Source: a virus (Duplodnaviria; Caudoviricetes). From it: DNA of 64,000 bases. The notes under the pieces were generated by a model. That model did no database searches, had not been told where the DNA came from, and saw only the letters and a program-made list of their open reading frames with translations. Below, in pieces: positions 38,034-48,157 of this stretch. The first letter of the stretch is position 1, and each line of letters begins with the position of its first letter. Location of the stretch: IMG/VR virus record IMGVR_UViG_3300034356_001766, positions 712 to 64,711 of that record, one strand, 5' to 3'. A program made the translations under genes and the position numbers.

Positions 38034-38452
38034 TCAATCCAATCCTTGCCATGTGCTTCTACGTAGCTAGCGTAACTTCGAATGCTAACCTAGCCGGTAT
38101 CGACAATCAGAAATTTACTTTCGGGCTAAGGCAGATCACCGAGGACGTTCTCAATGAAAGAGGCAATCCTTTGTGCGACCAAAGCGATCAAAATGCTAGT
38201 CCGGTTTACGTTACGGTGACTGAAATTAAAGCACCTACTCAAGGTATCAGAGTAGGACCTTTTGAGTTTAAGCAAAAGAAAACAATCGTTGAAGTAGACA
38301 TCGCAATAGGTTCATCGGTATACCACGGAGTAGGTAGAGCCAATACAAACGTTGCTGCTACGCTAATGCAGCTCCAGGATGAGACTCTAGCATTCGAAAG
38401 AACAGAATTTTCAGTAGCTGTTAAAAAAGCTATCGTTGACGCCCTAAAGTAG
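38030..38452 (+). CDS. Small CsgG-like alpha/beta envelope protein
   Basis: FGLRQITEDVL...VTVTEI...GVGRA...FSVAVKKAI parallels the 33776 protein. Confidence 0.45.
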   Translation: MINPILAMCFYVASVTSNANLAGIDNQKFTFGLRQITEDVLNERGNPLCDQSDQNASPVYVTVTEIKAPTQGIRVGPFEFKQKKTIVEVDIAIGSSVYHGVGRANTNVAATLMQLQDETLAFERTEFSVAVKKAIVDALK

Positions 38453-38529
38453 GTCTATTTATATCAAAGGGTTGCCGTAAATTGTTTTCTTAATTAGTTC
38501 TACAAGTTTAACTTTTTAAATAAAAATTT

Positions 38530-38772
38530 ATGGGATTTTTTGATATGTTCAAAGATAAAAACGACCTAAACGAAAAGACAATCGTTGGGTTTTTATCATT
38601 CACAGTAATGGCTATCTTTGCAGGAGCCGACATAGTAACAGGTATTTTAGGCAATCACCTAATAATCAGCGATACAATCTTCAATTCATTTGTAATGATT
38701 ACGCTAGGTGCATTTGGTATTGCAGAGGCAGGAAAGATTTTCGGAGGAAAGAAAGAAGAGAATAACGATTAA
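38530..38772 (+). CDS. Two-TM protein, holin/antiholin candidate
   Basis: Two TM helices directly upstream of the endolysin; TATTTATA at 38456. Confidence 0.6.
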   Translation: MGFFDMFKDKNDLNEKTIVGFLSFTVMAIFAGADIVTGILGNHLIISDTIFNSFVMITLGAFGIAEAGKIFGGKKEENND

Positions 38773-38782
38773 AAATTAGATT

Positions 38783-39394
38783 ATGAGCTTAAAAAGTTTA
38801 CAAGAGAAGATGGGTATAGCTGCTGACGGCGCTTTTGGTCCCGGAACAATGAAGAAGGCAATGGAGTTTTATAAGTTGACTCCAGTGAGAGCAGCTCACT
38901 TCTTCGCTCAAACAGCCCACGAAACAGGAGGCTTCAAAGCATTCTCAGAGAACCTAAACTACTCCGCCCAAGGCCTGCAAGGTATCTTTGGCAAGTACTT
39001 CCCCGGTAACCTCGAAGAGTCTTACGCCCGCCAGCCTGAAAAGATTGCAAACCGAGTCTACGCCGACAGGATGGGCAACGGAGCTGAAGCATCAGGAGAC
39101 GGATACAAGTTCAGAGGCAGAGGAGCTCTGCAGTTGACTGGTAAAGCCAACTATGAAGCATTTGCAAAGTACTTAGGCAATGACGAGGTCTTGACTAACC
39201 CTGATACGGTTGCAACTAAGTATGCTTTCGAATCAGCTATGTTTTTCTTTGAAAGAAATAAACTATGGACTATCTGTGATAAGGGCATCAACGATGCAGC
39301 TATCCTAGAGCTCACCAAGCGCATCAACGGCGGTACTCACGGACTTGAAGACAGAAATGCCAAGACTAAGAAGTACTTCGAGTACGTAAAGTAA
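38783..39394 (+). CDS. GH19 endolysin with short peptidoglycan-binding N-terminus
   Basis: ADGAFGPGT; FFAQTAHETG, ENLNYS, RGRGALQLTG..NY and TKRINGG motifs. Confidence 0.93.
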   Translation: MSLKSLQEKMGIAADGAFGPGTMKKAMEFYKLTPVRAAHFFAQTAHETGGFKAFSENLNYSAQGLQGIFGKYFPGNLEESYARQPEKIANRVYADRMGNGAEASGDGYKFRGRGALQLTGKANYEAFAKYLGNDEVLTNPDTVATKYAFESAMFFFERNKLWTICDKGINDAAILELTKRINGGTHGLEDRNAKTKKYFEYVK

Positions 39395-39810
39395 TGAAAC
39401 AAACTGCCATCTTTCTTTCCATCACCACTTCTCTTTCATTCGGCTGCTCTTATTTTCTAGAGCTGACAATGGGTAATTTTGAGCAGTATCTTGCTCTGAT
39501 TGCTGTAGTGTTTGTGGATGGGTTCTTCGGTATTATAGCCGGGATCAAGAGAGAGGGCTTCAAGACCTTTAAGGCTGTGAAGGTGCTGCAAAGAGCAATA
39601 ACCTGGGTGGTGCTGCTGACTGTGATACTGATGGTAGAGAAAGGATTTGCAGGTACCAGTTGGTTATCTGAAACCATTATCGTACCTTTCATACTTCTAC
39701 AGCTTATAAGTGCTCTTAAGAATGCTTCGATGTCAGGCTACATTCACATAGGAGATCTAAATAAGATCTTAGATCGAATAGATCCTCACAAAGGAGAAAG
39801 AAAAGAATAA
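39394..39810 (+). CDS. Phage holin family protein (Phage_holin_4_1-like)
   Basis: Multi-TM; VDGFFG and ISALKNA segments; adjacent to the endolysin. Confidence 0.7.
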   Translation: MKQTAIFLSITTSLSFGCSYFLELTMGNFEQYLALIAVVFVDGFFGIIAGIKREGFKTFKAVKVLQRAITWVVLLTVILMVEKGFAGTSWLSETIIVPFILLQLISALKNASMSGYIHIGDLNKILDRIDPHKGERKE

Positions 39811-39821
39811 AAAGTTTAAAG

Positions 39822-39847
39822 AGCCCTTGTATCCCAAGGGTTTTTTT
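39822..39847 (+). terminator. Intrinsic terminator overlapping the next promoter
   Basis: CCCTTG-TATCC-CAAGGG-T7. Confidence 0.85.
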
Positions 39848-39861
39848 CTTATATTAAGGTT

Positions 39862-40221
39862 ATGAATGATAAGAAAGTTACTGCTCAAGTGAGCGCAGTT
39901 GAGATTCTAAAGAAAGAATACCCGACTATCTACAATGGCTATACTCAGGTCCAGCAAGAGCAACTAGAGCTCTTCGCTAAGAAGCACCTTGACTACGGGA
40001 TGCATAACATTACTGCAGGTACCCAGCTCGCTACTGAAGATGAGATTGGCTTTGCTCTGACCGGGCTCTGGTATCGGATCTCTGATAAAGTAAGCCGATG
40101 GAAGAACCTGCTTATTAATCGACGAAGCGTTCAGAACGAATCCTTGATGGATACTTACCAGGACCTGGCTAACTACGGCATCATAGCTCAGCTAGTGGCA
40201 AGGGGGATGTGGAAGAAGTAA
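39862..40221 (+). CDS. Nucleotide modification associated domain 1 (DUF1599-like)
   Basis: KKHLDYG, RISDKVSR and ESLMDTYQDLANYGII motifs. Confidence 0.85.
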   Translation: MNDKKVTAQVSAVEILKKEYPTIYNGYTQVQQEQLELFAKKHLDYGMHNITAGTQLATEDEIGFALTGLWYRISDKVSRWKNLLINRRSVQNESLMDTYQDLANYGIIAQLVARGMWKK

Positions 40222-40222
40222 G

Positions 40223-41161
40223 ATGGCAAAAAAGAAACTTCCTAAGGAGGTAAGCCTGGTTCGTGAATATGAAGTAGAGAAGTACGACACAAAGGAGAAT
40301 AAAAACATCTCCTACAGTCAATACTCAATCTACAGTACGTGTCCACATCAGTGGTACCTTTCGTATCCGAAAAAGCTAGCACCTTACACTCCTAGCATCC
40401 ATACTGTCTTCGGGACTGCACTCCATGAGACAGTCCAGAACTGGCTTGATGTCCTCTTTAATGAGTCCGTCAAAGCTTCTAATGAGATCGATCTACCGGC
40501 CTACCTTATGGACCGGTTAAAGAAGACTTACAAGAAAGAGAGGTTTAGTAACGGAAATAAAGACTTCACCACTCCGGCCCAGCTCCAGGAATTCCATAAT
40601 GACGGAATAGCGATCCTGGACTACCTAAAAAAGAAACGAGCTATCTACTTTAGCACCAAGGGCACATACTTAGTAGGGGTAGAGGTTCCGCTTATTCAGA
40701 AGCTTAAGCCCGGACTATACTTTAAAGCCTACCTGGACTTAGTCTTCTTTAACGAAGTTACAGGAAAGTATTTGATATTGGATATCAAGACTTCGACCAA
40801 GGGATGGAGTGACTATGAGAAGAAAAGCGATACTAAGATCTCTCAGATTCTATTCTATAAAGAATTCTTCGCCCAGCAGTTCGGTACTGATGTAGATAGC
40901 ATCAACGTAGAATTTTTTATCGTTAGAAGAAAAATATTTGAAGGAGGGGAGTTCGTACCTAAGAGGGTGCAGCAATTCCGACCTGCTTCAGGAAAGATCA
41001 AAAGAGGACAGGTGATGTCTGGTTTGAATAGGTTTGTGGAGGAAGCCTTTAATAACTCCGGTCAATATATAGAAAAAGATTTTACTAAGAACGCATCAAA
41101 GAACAACTGTAGATTCTGTCCATTTAACAAAAGCCCTCTCTGCAATGCAGCTATTCTGTAG
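40223..41161 (+). CDS. PD-(D/E)XK RecB/Cas4-like exonuclease with Fe-S cysteines
   Basis: CP..W, FGTALHE, D...LDIKTS, Q...Y and CRFCPF....LC motifs. Confidence 0.85.
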   Translation: MAKKKLPKEVSLVREYEVEKYDTKENKNISYSQYSIYSTCPHQWYLSYPKKLAPYTPSIHTVFGTALHETVQNWLDVLFNESVKASNEIDLPAYLMDRLKKTYKKERFSNGNKDFTTPAQLQEFHNDGIAILDYLKKKRAIYFSTKGTYLVGVEVPLIQKLKPGLYFKAYLDLVFFNEVTGKYLILDIKTSTKGWSDYEKKSDTKISQILFYKEFFAQQFGTDVDSINVEFFIVRRKIFEGGEFVPKRVQQFRPASGKIKRGQVMSGLNRFVEEAFNNSGQYIEKDFTKNASKNNCRFCPFNKSPLCNAAIL

Positions 41162-41200
41162 TCACAGCCTATTTATATATGTATATATAAAACAAAGGCT

Positions 41201-41383
41201 ATGGACAACAAAAAGCTGACAAGCGTCAAAGTAGAGCAGCAGTTATTCGATGAGTTTAAAGTTCAATGCGTACGCTATAAATTTTCATTCCAAAAGTTGG
41301 CAGATAGAGCGATCTTTTTCTATCTTACGGATGATACGTTTAGAAACAAAGTACATAATCAGAACGATTTAAACATAAAATAA
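41201..41383 (+). CDS. Small ribbon-helix-helix-like protein
   Basis: LTSVKV..LFDEFK..C...FSFQKLADRAI pattern; follows TATTTATA at 41170. Confidence 0.6.
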   Translation: MDNKKLTSVKVEQQLFDEFKVQCVRYKFSFQKLADRAIFFYLTDDTFRNKVHNQNDLNIK

Positions 41384-42828
41384 TGCAAGACAAATTTGGT
41401 TATATTGAGCAGAAAGATCGAAAGAAGATTCTTCTGCTATGTGATGATATAAGGCTGCACTCCGGAGTCGCTACTATGGCGAGAGAGATTGTAGTAGGTA
41501 CCTCCCACCACTTTAACTGGGTGAATCTAGGAGGTGCGATGAAGCACCCTGACGAGAAGAAAGCTTTCGACCTCTCTGACGACGTTAACAAGCAGAATGG
41601 AATCCAAGATTCTAGTGTTAAGCTTTATGCAACATCCGGTTACGGGACAGCTGACATAGTCAGGGAACTTATCAGGACTGAGAAGCCAGATGCAATACTG
41701 CACTTCACCGATCCTAGGTACTGGACTTGGTTGTATGATATCGAAAGAGAGATCAGGCAGCAAATTCCTTTGCTGTACTTGAATATCTGGGACGATTATC
41801 CGGCTCCGTTATACAATAAGGCTTACTACGAGTGCTGTGACTTGCTGATGGGAATCTCTAAGCAGACTACCAACATCAATAAGCTTGTATTAGAAGAAGC
41901 TGCCGGTAAGAAAATTATTGAATATGTTCCTCACGGCATCAATCAAAAGCATTTCTTCCCTATTACTTCCGAGTATAAGAACTTTGATAAGTATCAGGAG
42001 TTCAAAAAGACTATCTTTGAAGGCAAAGAGATCGACTATGTAGTGTTCTGGAACTCCAGGAACATTAGACGAAAGTCACCCGGTGATGTTATACTAGCCT
42101 ATAGAAACTTTTGTGATAAGATCGGTGTTGAGAAAGCAAAGAGATGTGCTCTTATAATGCATACCCAGCCCGTGGACGAAAATGGAACTGATCTATATGC
42201 CGTAAGAGAGGCTGTATGCGACTCATCATACGTGAATGTATTCTTCTCTCAGGAAAGACTTGGTACCGAATCAATGAACTGGCTTTATAACCTAGCCGAC
42301 GTCACTGTGTTAATCTCTTCTAACGAAGGTTGGGGTTTAAGTCTGACTGAATCTATGATGGCCGGGACTATGATCATCGGTAATGTTACCGGTGGGATGC
42401 AAGATCAGATGAGGTTTGTTGATGACAAAGGTGAATGGTATACTCCTTCATTTGAAGTACCTTCCAATCATATGGGAACTTATAAGGAGCATGGTGAGTG
42501 GGTAATACCGGTCTTCCCTTCTAACATCTCTCTAGTAGGTTCAGTTCCGACTCCCTACATCTTCGATGATAGATGCGACTTTAGAGACGTTACGGATGCT
42601 ATCTTAAAAACCTACCAGATGTCAAGTCAGGAGAGGCAGAGCAGAGGAGCAGCCGGCCGGGAGTGGGTCCTATCAGAAGAATCAATGATGTCAGCTGATA
42701 ACATGGGTAGAAATATTATCAAGTACATTGATAAGACCTTCCAGGAGTTTACACCCCGGACCAGCTACGATATCATTAAGGTAAAGGATGTAGAAAAAAA
42801 ATATGTTAAACACCCAATAGTCTACTAA
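41383..42828 (+). CDS. GT-B glycosyltransferase (GT4-like)
   Basis: SGVATM, YVPHG, RNIRRK and EGWGLSLTE motifs. Confidence 0.88.
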   Translation: MQDKFGYIEQKDRKKILLLCDDIRLHSGVATMAREIVVGTSHHFNWVNLGGAMKHPDEKKAFDLSDDVNKQNGIQDSSVKLYATSGYGTADIVRELIRTEKPDAILHFTDPRYWTWLYDIEREIRQQIPLLYLNIWDDYPAPLYNKAYYECCDLLMGISKQTTNINKLVLEEAAGKKIIEYVPHGINQKHFFPITSEYKNFDKYQEFKKTIFEGKEIDYVVFWNSRNIRRKSPGDVILAYRNFCDKIGVEKAKRCALIMHTQPVDENGTDLYAVREAVCDSSYVNVFFSQERLGTESMNWLYNLADVTVLISSNEGWGLSLTESMMAGTMIIGNVTGGMQDQMRFVDDKGEWYTPSFEVPSNHMGTYKEHGEWVIPVFPSNISLVGSVPTPYIFDDRCDFRDVTDAILKTYQMSSQERQSRGAAGREWVLSEESMMSADNMGRNIIKYIDKTFQEFTPRTSYDIIKVKDVEKKYVKHPIVY

Positions 42829-44096
42829 TGGATAAAATTTCAGTTATAGTTAGCTGCCCGATCGATACTTACAGCGGTTACGGTGGACGGTCAAGAGATC
42901 TTGTTAAGGCTCTTCTTAAATCAGGCAAGTACGACGTTAAGATTTTAAGCCAGCGCTGGGGCAGTACTCGGTTTGGATATCTCAAAGAGCATTCCGAGCA
43001 TGAGCTTGCTTCCCTTATTATACCTTCGATCACAAGTCGACCTAACCTCTGGATTCAAATTACAGTACCTAACGAATTCCAGGCAGTAGGAGAGTACAAC
43101 ATCGGCATTACGGCCGGTATTGAAACCACTGTTTGTGATCCTAGCTGGATTGAAGGTTTGAATAGGATGAACCTTAACCTAGTATCATCCCAGCATTCGA
43201 AAGAAACCTTCTTACGCTCTCAGTTTAACGTTGAAGAGAACGGCAAGGTCAAAAGGCAGATTAAACTTGAAAAACCTATGGAGGTATTATTTGAAGGAGC
43301 TGATCTTACAAAGTATCTTCCGGGCACTTCAAAGTTTAACCTCGAAGGTATTGAGGAGGAATTCGCTTACCTATTTGTTGGACACTGGCTGCAAGGTAAC
43401 GTAGGTCAAGACAGAAAGAATGTAGGGTATATGGTTAAAATTTTCTTAGAAGTATTTAAGAATAAGAAGAAGCAACCTGCTCTAATTCTAAAGACTCAGT
43501 CAGCTAATGCTTCTATCCTTGATAGGGATCAGCTGCTGAAGAAGATCGATGCTATAAGAAAGACCGTTAAAGGTTCACTACCCAACATCTATATAATTCA
43601 TGGGGAGATGTCTGATCAGGAGATTAACCATCTCTACAATCACCCTAAAGTAAAAGCTATGATTAGCTTCACCAAAGGAGAAGGCTTTGGAAGGCCTCTG
43701 CTAGAGTTTAGTTTAGTAAACAAACCTATCATTGCCTGCAACTGGTCCGGTCATATTGACTTCCTGGATAAGGAATTCTGCTACCTAGTCAACGGAACCT
43801 TAACTAATGTTGATAAGAGTGCTGCAGTAGATAAAATGCTTTTAAAAGAATCTCAATGGTTTACCCCTAACGATTCCGAAGCAGCTACCGCTCTTCGCCT
43901 TGTCTTTGAAGACTATAAAAAGTATGCAGAGCTAGCAAAGAGACAGGGATATAAGTCTCGTACAAACTTTAGCTGGGAGAAGATGGCAGAGCAATTAGAT
44001 ACAATTCTAACAGCTAATCTCCCCACCTTCACCAAGCAGATAGAGCTCAAACTTCCTACCTTAAATCTTCCTAAATTACAAAAAATAAATGGATAA
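42828..44096 (+). CDS. GT-B glycosyltransferase (GT4-like)
   Basis: SGYG, DRKN and GEGFGRPLLE motifs. Confidence 0.88.
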   Translation: MDKISVIVSCPIDTYSGYGGRSRDLVKALLKSGKYDVKILSQRWGSTRFGYLKEHSEHELASLIIPSITSRPNLWIQITVPNEFQAVGEYNIGITAGIETTVCDPSWIEGLNRMNLNLVSSQHSKETFLRSQFNVEENGKVKRQIKLEKPMEVLFEGADLTKYLPGTSKFNLEGIEEEFAYLFVGHWLQGNVGQDRKNVGYMVKIFLEVFKNKKKQPALILKTQSANASILDRDQLLKKIDAIRKTVKGSLPNIYIIHGEMSDQEINHLYNHPKVKAMISFTKGEGFGRPLLEFSLVNKPIIACNWSGHIDFLDKEFCYLVNGTLTNVDKSAAVDKMLLKESQWFTPNDSEAATALRLVFEDYKKYAELAKRQGYKSRTNFSWEKMAEQLDTILTANLPTFTKQIELKLPTLNLPKLQKING

Positions 44097-44526
44097 GTTA
44101 ACCGATTGCAAGAGATGCGGCTCCAATGCCTGCTACGAACAGCACGTCACCGACAAGCTAACGACGTGGCTATGTATGGGGTGCGGGTTTACAACCTCAA
44201 CAGTTATGACTGAAGGCAGTCAAGCTACTACGAATGCTTTAGAATCTTCTCCAGAGCTCTACAAAGACCTCCTTCATAAGGACCAGGACGGGAATATCTG
44301 GATGCCTGCTACGGTGACGTTGCCGGGCAGAGGGATGGTTTTCATAGACGGAACTACTAAGGAGAACTGGGTATGGACTGCTGTTAAGGCTGTTGAGATC
44401 CTAAAAGAGGAGCAGCACAAGTACCCTGAAGGTCAGACCCACAAAATGGATATGAAAGGAGCCCGGAACTTCAAGCAAAGAGACTTCATGGATGCTCTAG
44501 AGGTAATTGAGTTTTACGCAATGTAA
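44089..44526 (+). CDS. Zinc-finger-containing hypothetical protein
   Basis: CKRC...CMGC. Confidence 0.7.
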   Translation: MDKLTDCKRCGSNACYEQHVTDKLTTWLCMGCGFTTSTVMTEGSQATTNALESSPELYKDLLHKDQDGNIWMPATVTLPGRGMVFIDGTTKENWVWTAVKAVEILKEEQHKYPEGQTHKMDMKGARNFKQRDFMDALEVIEFYAM

Positions 44527-45155
44527 TGAAAATTAGTTATGCTGTAACGGTTTGTAATGAGCTTGTAGAGATACAGCGGCTACTACCTTACCTGATTGAA
44601 AATAAAAGGAAAGAAGATGAGATAGTTATCTTCTACGATTCCAATAATGGAAGTAAGTCAGTTGATGAGTACTTAAGAAGCTTATCTTCTAATACCTTTG
44701 CTCCATTTCGATTTATTCATTACCACTTCGATGGGCATTTTGCCAATATGAAGAATGCTTTAACGGAAGCCTGTCTAGGAGATTACATATTTCAGATCGA
44801 TGCTGACGAAGTACCCAACATACACTTACTTCAGTACCTACCTACCCTGCTAGAGGCTAACCAGATAGAGGTACTGAGGGTACCTAGAGTCAATACAGTT
44901 CATGGACTAACTTCGGAACATACCCGGAAGTGGGGATGGACTGTTGACAATCACGGAAGGGTTAACTGGCCCGACCTCCAATGGAGGATCTATGCCAACA
45001 ATGGAAAGATTAAATGGAAAAATAAAGTCCATGAAGTGTTGGAAGGATACCAAACTTATGCTATATTGCCTCTAGAGATGGAGTATAGCCTGAGTCACCA
45101 TAAGTATATTGACCGGCAGGAAAGACAAAATGACTACTATGAAACCTTAGCATGA
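44526..45155 (+). CDS. GT2 glycosyltransferase
   Basis: YIFQIDADE, WPD.Q.R and VHE motifs. Confidence 0.88.
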   Translation: MKISYAVTVCNELVEIQRLLPYLIENKRKEDEIVIFYDSNNGSKSVDEYLRSLSSNTFAPFRFIHYHFDGHFANMKNALTEACLGDYIFQIDADEVPNIHLLQYLPTLLEANQIEVLRVPRVNTVHGLTSEHTRKWGWTVDNHGRVNWPDLQWRIYANNGKIKWKNKVHEVLEGYQTYAILPLEMEYSLSHHKYIDRQERQNDYYETLA

Positions 45156-46168
45156 TAAGAATAAAGCTACGCAATTGGAATAAGGGGAGGAATATACAAA
45201 CATTTCGTCCGTTTGTTTTGCATACCTCTCTATTTTATCAAGCTGGAATTCAATTCGTAGAAGAAGGCGACTGCGATTTTGAATTTATTGGGATGGAAGA
45301 TTTTATAAATAAGAAACTTCCTTTAGGTGAGAGTATTAGCAAGGGCTTAGAATTGCTCGCAACAATAGAGAAACCTTATTTTCTATTTGATGGATCTGAT
45401 TCAACCTCGTTAATGGGGGCTTACGAGGTCTTTACTCAATCCCAAGCTATACATCTGTATAAGAACCAGCTCTTGTCGAGAGAAGAGTACAAAAATAAGA
45501 CAGCTTTCAATAAATGGTTTTTTGGAACTGGAACTTCTTTAGACCTGAGCTACGACATTTCAGAAAAAGAATACGAAAAAATTAAACTATCAGGATGGAA
45601 TTTAGGGTATCATCACCCTCAATACTTAAATTTTACACCAAACAATCTCAGTAAGGATATAGATGTCTGTGCGATCTATCAAGGGCTCCATGTTGAAAAT
45701 TCTGACCACCATGTTCGTAATGATCTTCTGTATACCTCCCATAGGGTAAGTGCCTGGGAGACATTGAGTAAGTCTAGTAGGAATGTCGTTACAGATAAAA
45801 AACCCTACAGTGAGTATGTAGATATCCTAAGCAGATCTAAAGTTGCTATATCTCCTTTTGGAATGGGTGAAATCTGTTTTAGAGATTTTGAAATAGTACA
45901 TTACGGAACAGTTATGATAAAACCTGATATGTCCAGAATTATAACAGAACCTAATTTGTACGTACCGTATGAAACATACATTCCATGTAAACCTGATTGG
46001 AGCGACTTATTAGATGTCGTTGAGGAAGTTCTTACGAATTGGGATAAATATGAACCTATTGCTAAGAAAGCACAACAGAGATTATTAGAAAATTTTTCTC
46101 CTAGCAGGCTAGTAGAGTATTGGAAAGACCGTCTTCTATCATACCCAGGAGTAATACGCTTTACATGA
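45152..46168 (+). CDS. GT-B-like glycosyltransferase
   Basis: SKVAISPFGMGEICFRDFE motif. Confidence 0.75.
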   Translation: MIRIKLRNWNKGRNIQTFRPFVLHTSLFYQAGIQFVEEGDCDFEFIGMEDFINKKLPLGESISKGLELLATIEKPYFLFDGSDSTSLMGAYEVFTQSQAIHLYKNQLLSREEYKNKTAFNKWFFGTGTSLDLSYDISEKEYEKIKLSGWNLGYHHPQYLNFTPNNLSKDIDVCAIYQGLHVENSDHHVRNDLLYTSHRVSAWETLSKSSRNVVTDKKPYSEYVDILSRSKVAISPFGMGEICFRDFEIVHYGTVMIKPDMSRIITEPNLYVPYETYIPCKPDWSDLLDVVEEVLTNWDKYEPIAKKAQQRLLENFSPSRLVEYWKDRLLSYPGVIRFT

Positions 46169-46977
46169 AAGTTAATAGACTAGGAGAAGTTATAAACAGA
46201 GCTATGATACCTGCAGGAGTAGCAGCAGATAACATTAATGGCCCTGTAGTATTTAGACGTCCAAATTTTTTTACACCTGGTCCGGATTGGATTATGTACT
46301 TTGCTCACCATAGAGGCAGCAGTATTCGACAAGCTACAGCTGATAATATAGAAGGTCCGTGGCAAGTACTGCCCTCCACTATCTTAGAATTGAATAAAAT
46401 CCCAGGATACGATCACATAGCTTCCCCAGAAGTTGTAGTTCATGATACTTTTTTAGAGCTGTACTACCACTGTCCATACGGAGATTTTCAGTATACATTT
46501 GTGGCAACTACTAAAAATGGAGTAGACTGGGAATACGGTACTGAAGTACAGGGAATGTTTTATATGAGAATTATAGAAGATAACTATGCTGTAGCAAAAT
46601 ATAAGAACGATGGAGGAATAGCCTATAAACGGAAAGGATCGAGTTTTGAAGAAGTAAGAAAAATTCTTCCAAATATGAGACATTGTGCATATCATAACCA
46701 TAAACTGTATTGGAGCTGTATAGGAGACTCACCGGAAAGTATATTTAGAGGTACCTTAATTTTACCTGAGTTTGATATAAGAGATGTTGAAGAAGTTATC
46801 AAGCCGACTTATAACTTTGAAACAGGAGGACATACTCCTAACCCTTCCCGCCCGGGCCCAGCTGTTAGAGTGAATGAGGTAAGAGATCCTTACATTATAG
46901 AAGTAGGAGGTATAGTTTATATCTTCTATACAGTTAAAGGAGAAGAAGCAATTGCATTAGCTACTATAGAGGAATGA
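46165..46977 (+). CDS. Five-bladed beta-propeller glycoside-hydrolase-like protein
   Basis: MYFAHH, HIASPEV and EVRDPYI motifs. Confidence 0.6.
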   Translation: MKVNRLGEVINRAMIPAGVAADNINGPVVFRRPNFFTPGPDWIMYFAHHRGSSIRQATADNIEGPWQVLPSTILELNKIPGYDHIASPEVVVHDTFLELYYHCPYGDFQYTFVATTKNGVDWEYGTEVQGMFYMRIIEDNYAVAKYKNDGGIAYKRKGSSFEEVRKILPNMRHCAYHNHKLYWSCIGDSPESIFRGTLILPEFDIRDVEEVIKPTYNFETGGHTPNPSRPGPAVRVNEVRDPYIIEVGGIVYIFYTVKGEEAIALATIEE

Positions 46978-47648
46978 AACATTTTAGTATATTTGGACTC
47001 CGTCGGACAGGTAATCATACGATTATAGAATGGTTATCTAAACATTTTACACACACCACTCATTATAATGATTGTTGGGGATGGCCTGAACCTAATAACC
47101 ACTGGTCTAAAAAAGAGTATGGAGATTTGCTGTCTCCAACTGATCTTACAATTTTCTCGTACGAAGATTTTGAACCATCTAAAGAAGAAATTGAACATTC
47201 TGAGACTATTATACTTTTTAGAGATTGGTATAATATTGCTGCATCTCGTCATGTAAGCGGTAGAGGGTACAAAGACACAGCCAGGCATCGTCATAAATCT
47301 GGGTATAATAGAAGTGTAGTAGAAGTCTGGTTGAAATATGCTGAACTGTATGAAAATCACCCAGACAGGTTTATACTGTTTAATAAATGGACTACCAGTG
47401 AGGATTATAGGAATGAAGTAGCCAGTAGATTAGGACTACAGGGGCATGTACCCTACACACAGCAGCTACCGGAAAGTAAAATCGGCAATGGAAGTAGCTT
47501 TGGAGAAGATACTATAAACCCTTGGGGTGTAAACCTAAGATACACTAAGCTAGCCACAGAACATCCAGCAGCTTACTTCGACATCACTAGTAACTTAACA
47601 GTTAATGATTTTTGTAGAAAAATTTTTAATATTAATTTAGATAAATAA
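46974..47648 (+). CDS. Sulfotransferase-like protein
   Basis: GLRRTGNH 5'-PSB-like loop and RDWYNIAAS 3'-PB-like motif. Confidence 0.6.
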   Translation: MKHFSIFGLRRTGNHTIIEWLSKHFTHTTHYNDCWGWPEPNNHWSKKEYGDLLSPTDLTIFSYEDFEPSKEEIEHSETIILFRDWYNIAASRHVSGRGYKDTARHRHKSGYNRSVVEVWLKYAELYENHPDRFILFNKWTTSEDYRNEVASRLGLQGHVPYTQQLPESKIGNGSSFGEDTINPWGVNLRYTKLATEHPAAYFDITSNLTVNDFCRKIFNINLDK

Positions 47649-48157
47649 TGGGAATAGGAAGCGTTTCAATTTCAAGTACAGTGGTGGATTTTATTAAAGA
47701 AATACTTCCACAAGGAAGTACTATCTTAGAATTTGGCTCTGGGGAAGGTACAGTACGGCTAAGCAAGTACTTTAAAATGTATTCTGTAGAAAATCAACCC
47801 GAATGGATGGGACATTACCCTAATGCAACTACCTATATAAACTGTTCGACTAAGTGGTACGATGAACAATTCACTGCTCCAGAAATGAAAAGCGTTCAAC
47901 GAGCATGGTTTAACCCAGAACAGCTTTTTATAAATCTTCCACAACAGTACGACTTGATACTAATTGATGGACCAGGCGGTCAATTTGGAAGAGGAGGTTT
48001 CCTAAAATTTTTAGATGAATTTAATACAGACGTGCCTCTAATTTTTGATGATGTTAATCGAGCTGCAGAACTAGAACTAATACAGAAAGTTTCAGAAAGA
48101 GTTAATCGTTCGTACTTTATACACAAAGAAGACCCCGCATTAGGCTATATACTATGA
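47648..48157 (+). CDS. Class I SAM methyltransferase-like protein
   Basis: ILEFGSGEGT, LILIDGP and IFDD motifs. Confidence 0.75.
   Translation: MGIGSVSISSTVVDFIKEILPQGSTILEFGSGEGTVRLSKYFKMYSVENQPEWMGHYPNATTYINCSTKWYDEQFTAPEMKSVQRAWFNPEQLFINLPQQYDLILIDGPGGQFGRGGFLKFLDEFNTDVPLIFDDVNRAAELELIQKVSERVNRSYFIHKEDPALGYIL

Noticed and set aside
40223-41161. Cas4 of a CRISPR-Cas system
   Set aside because: No cas1/cas2 or array; stand-alone RecB/Cas4-like nucleases are common in phages
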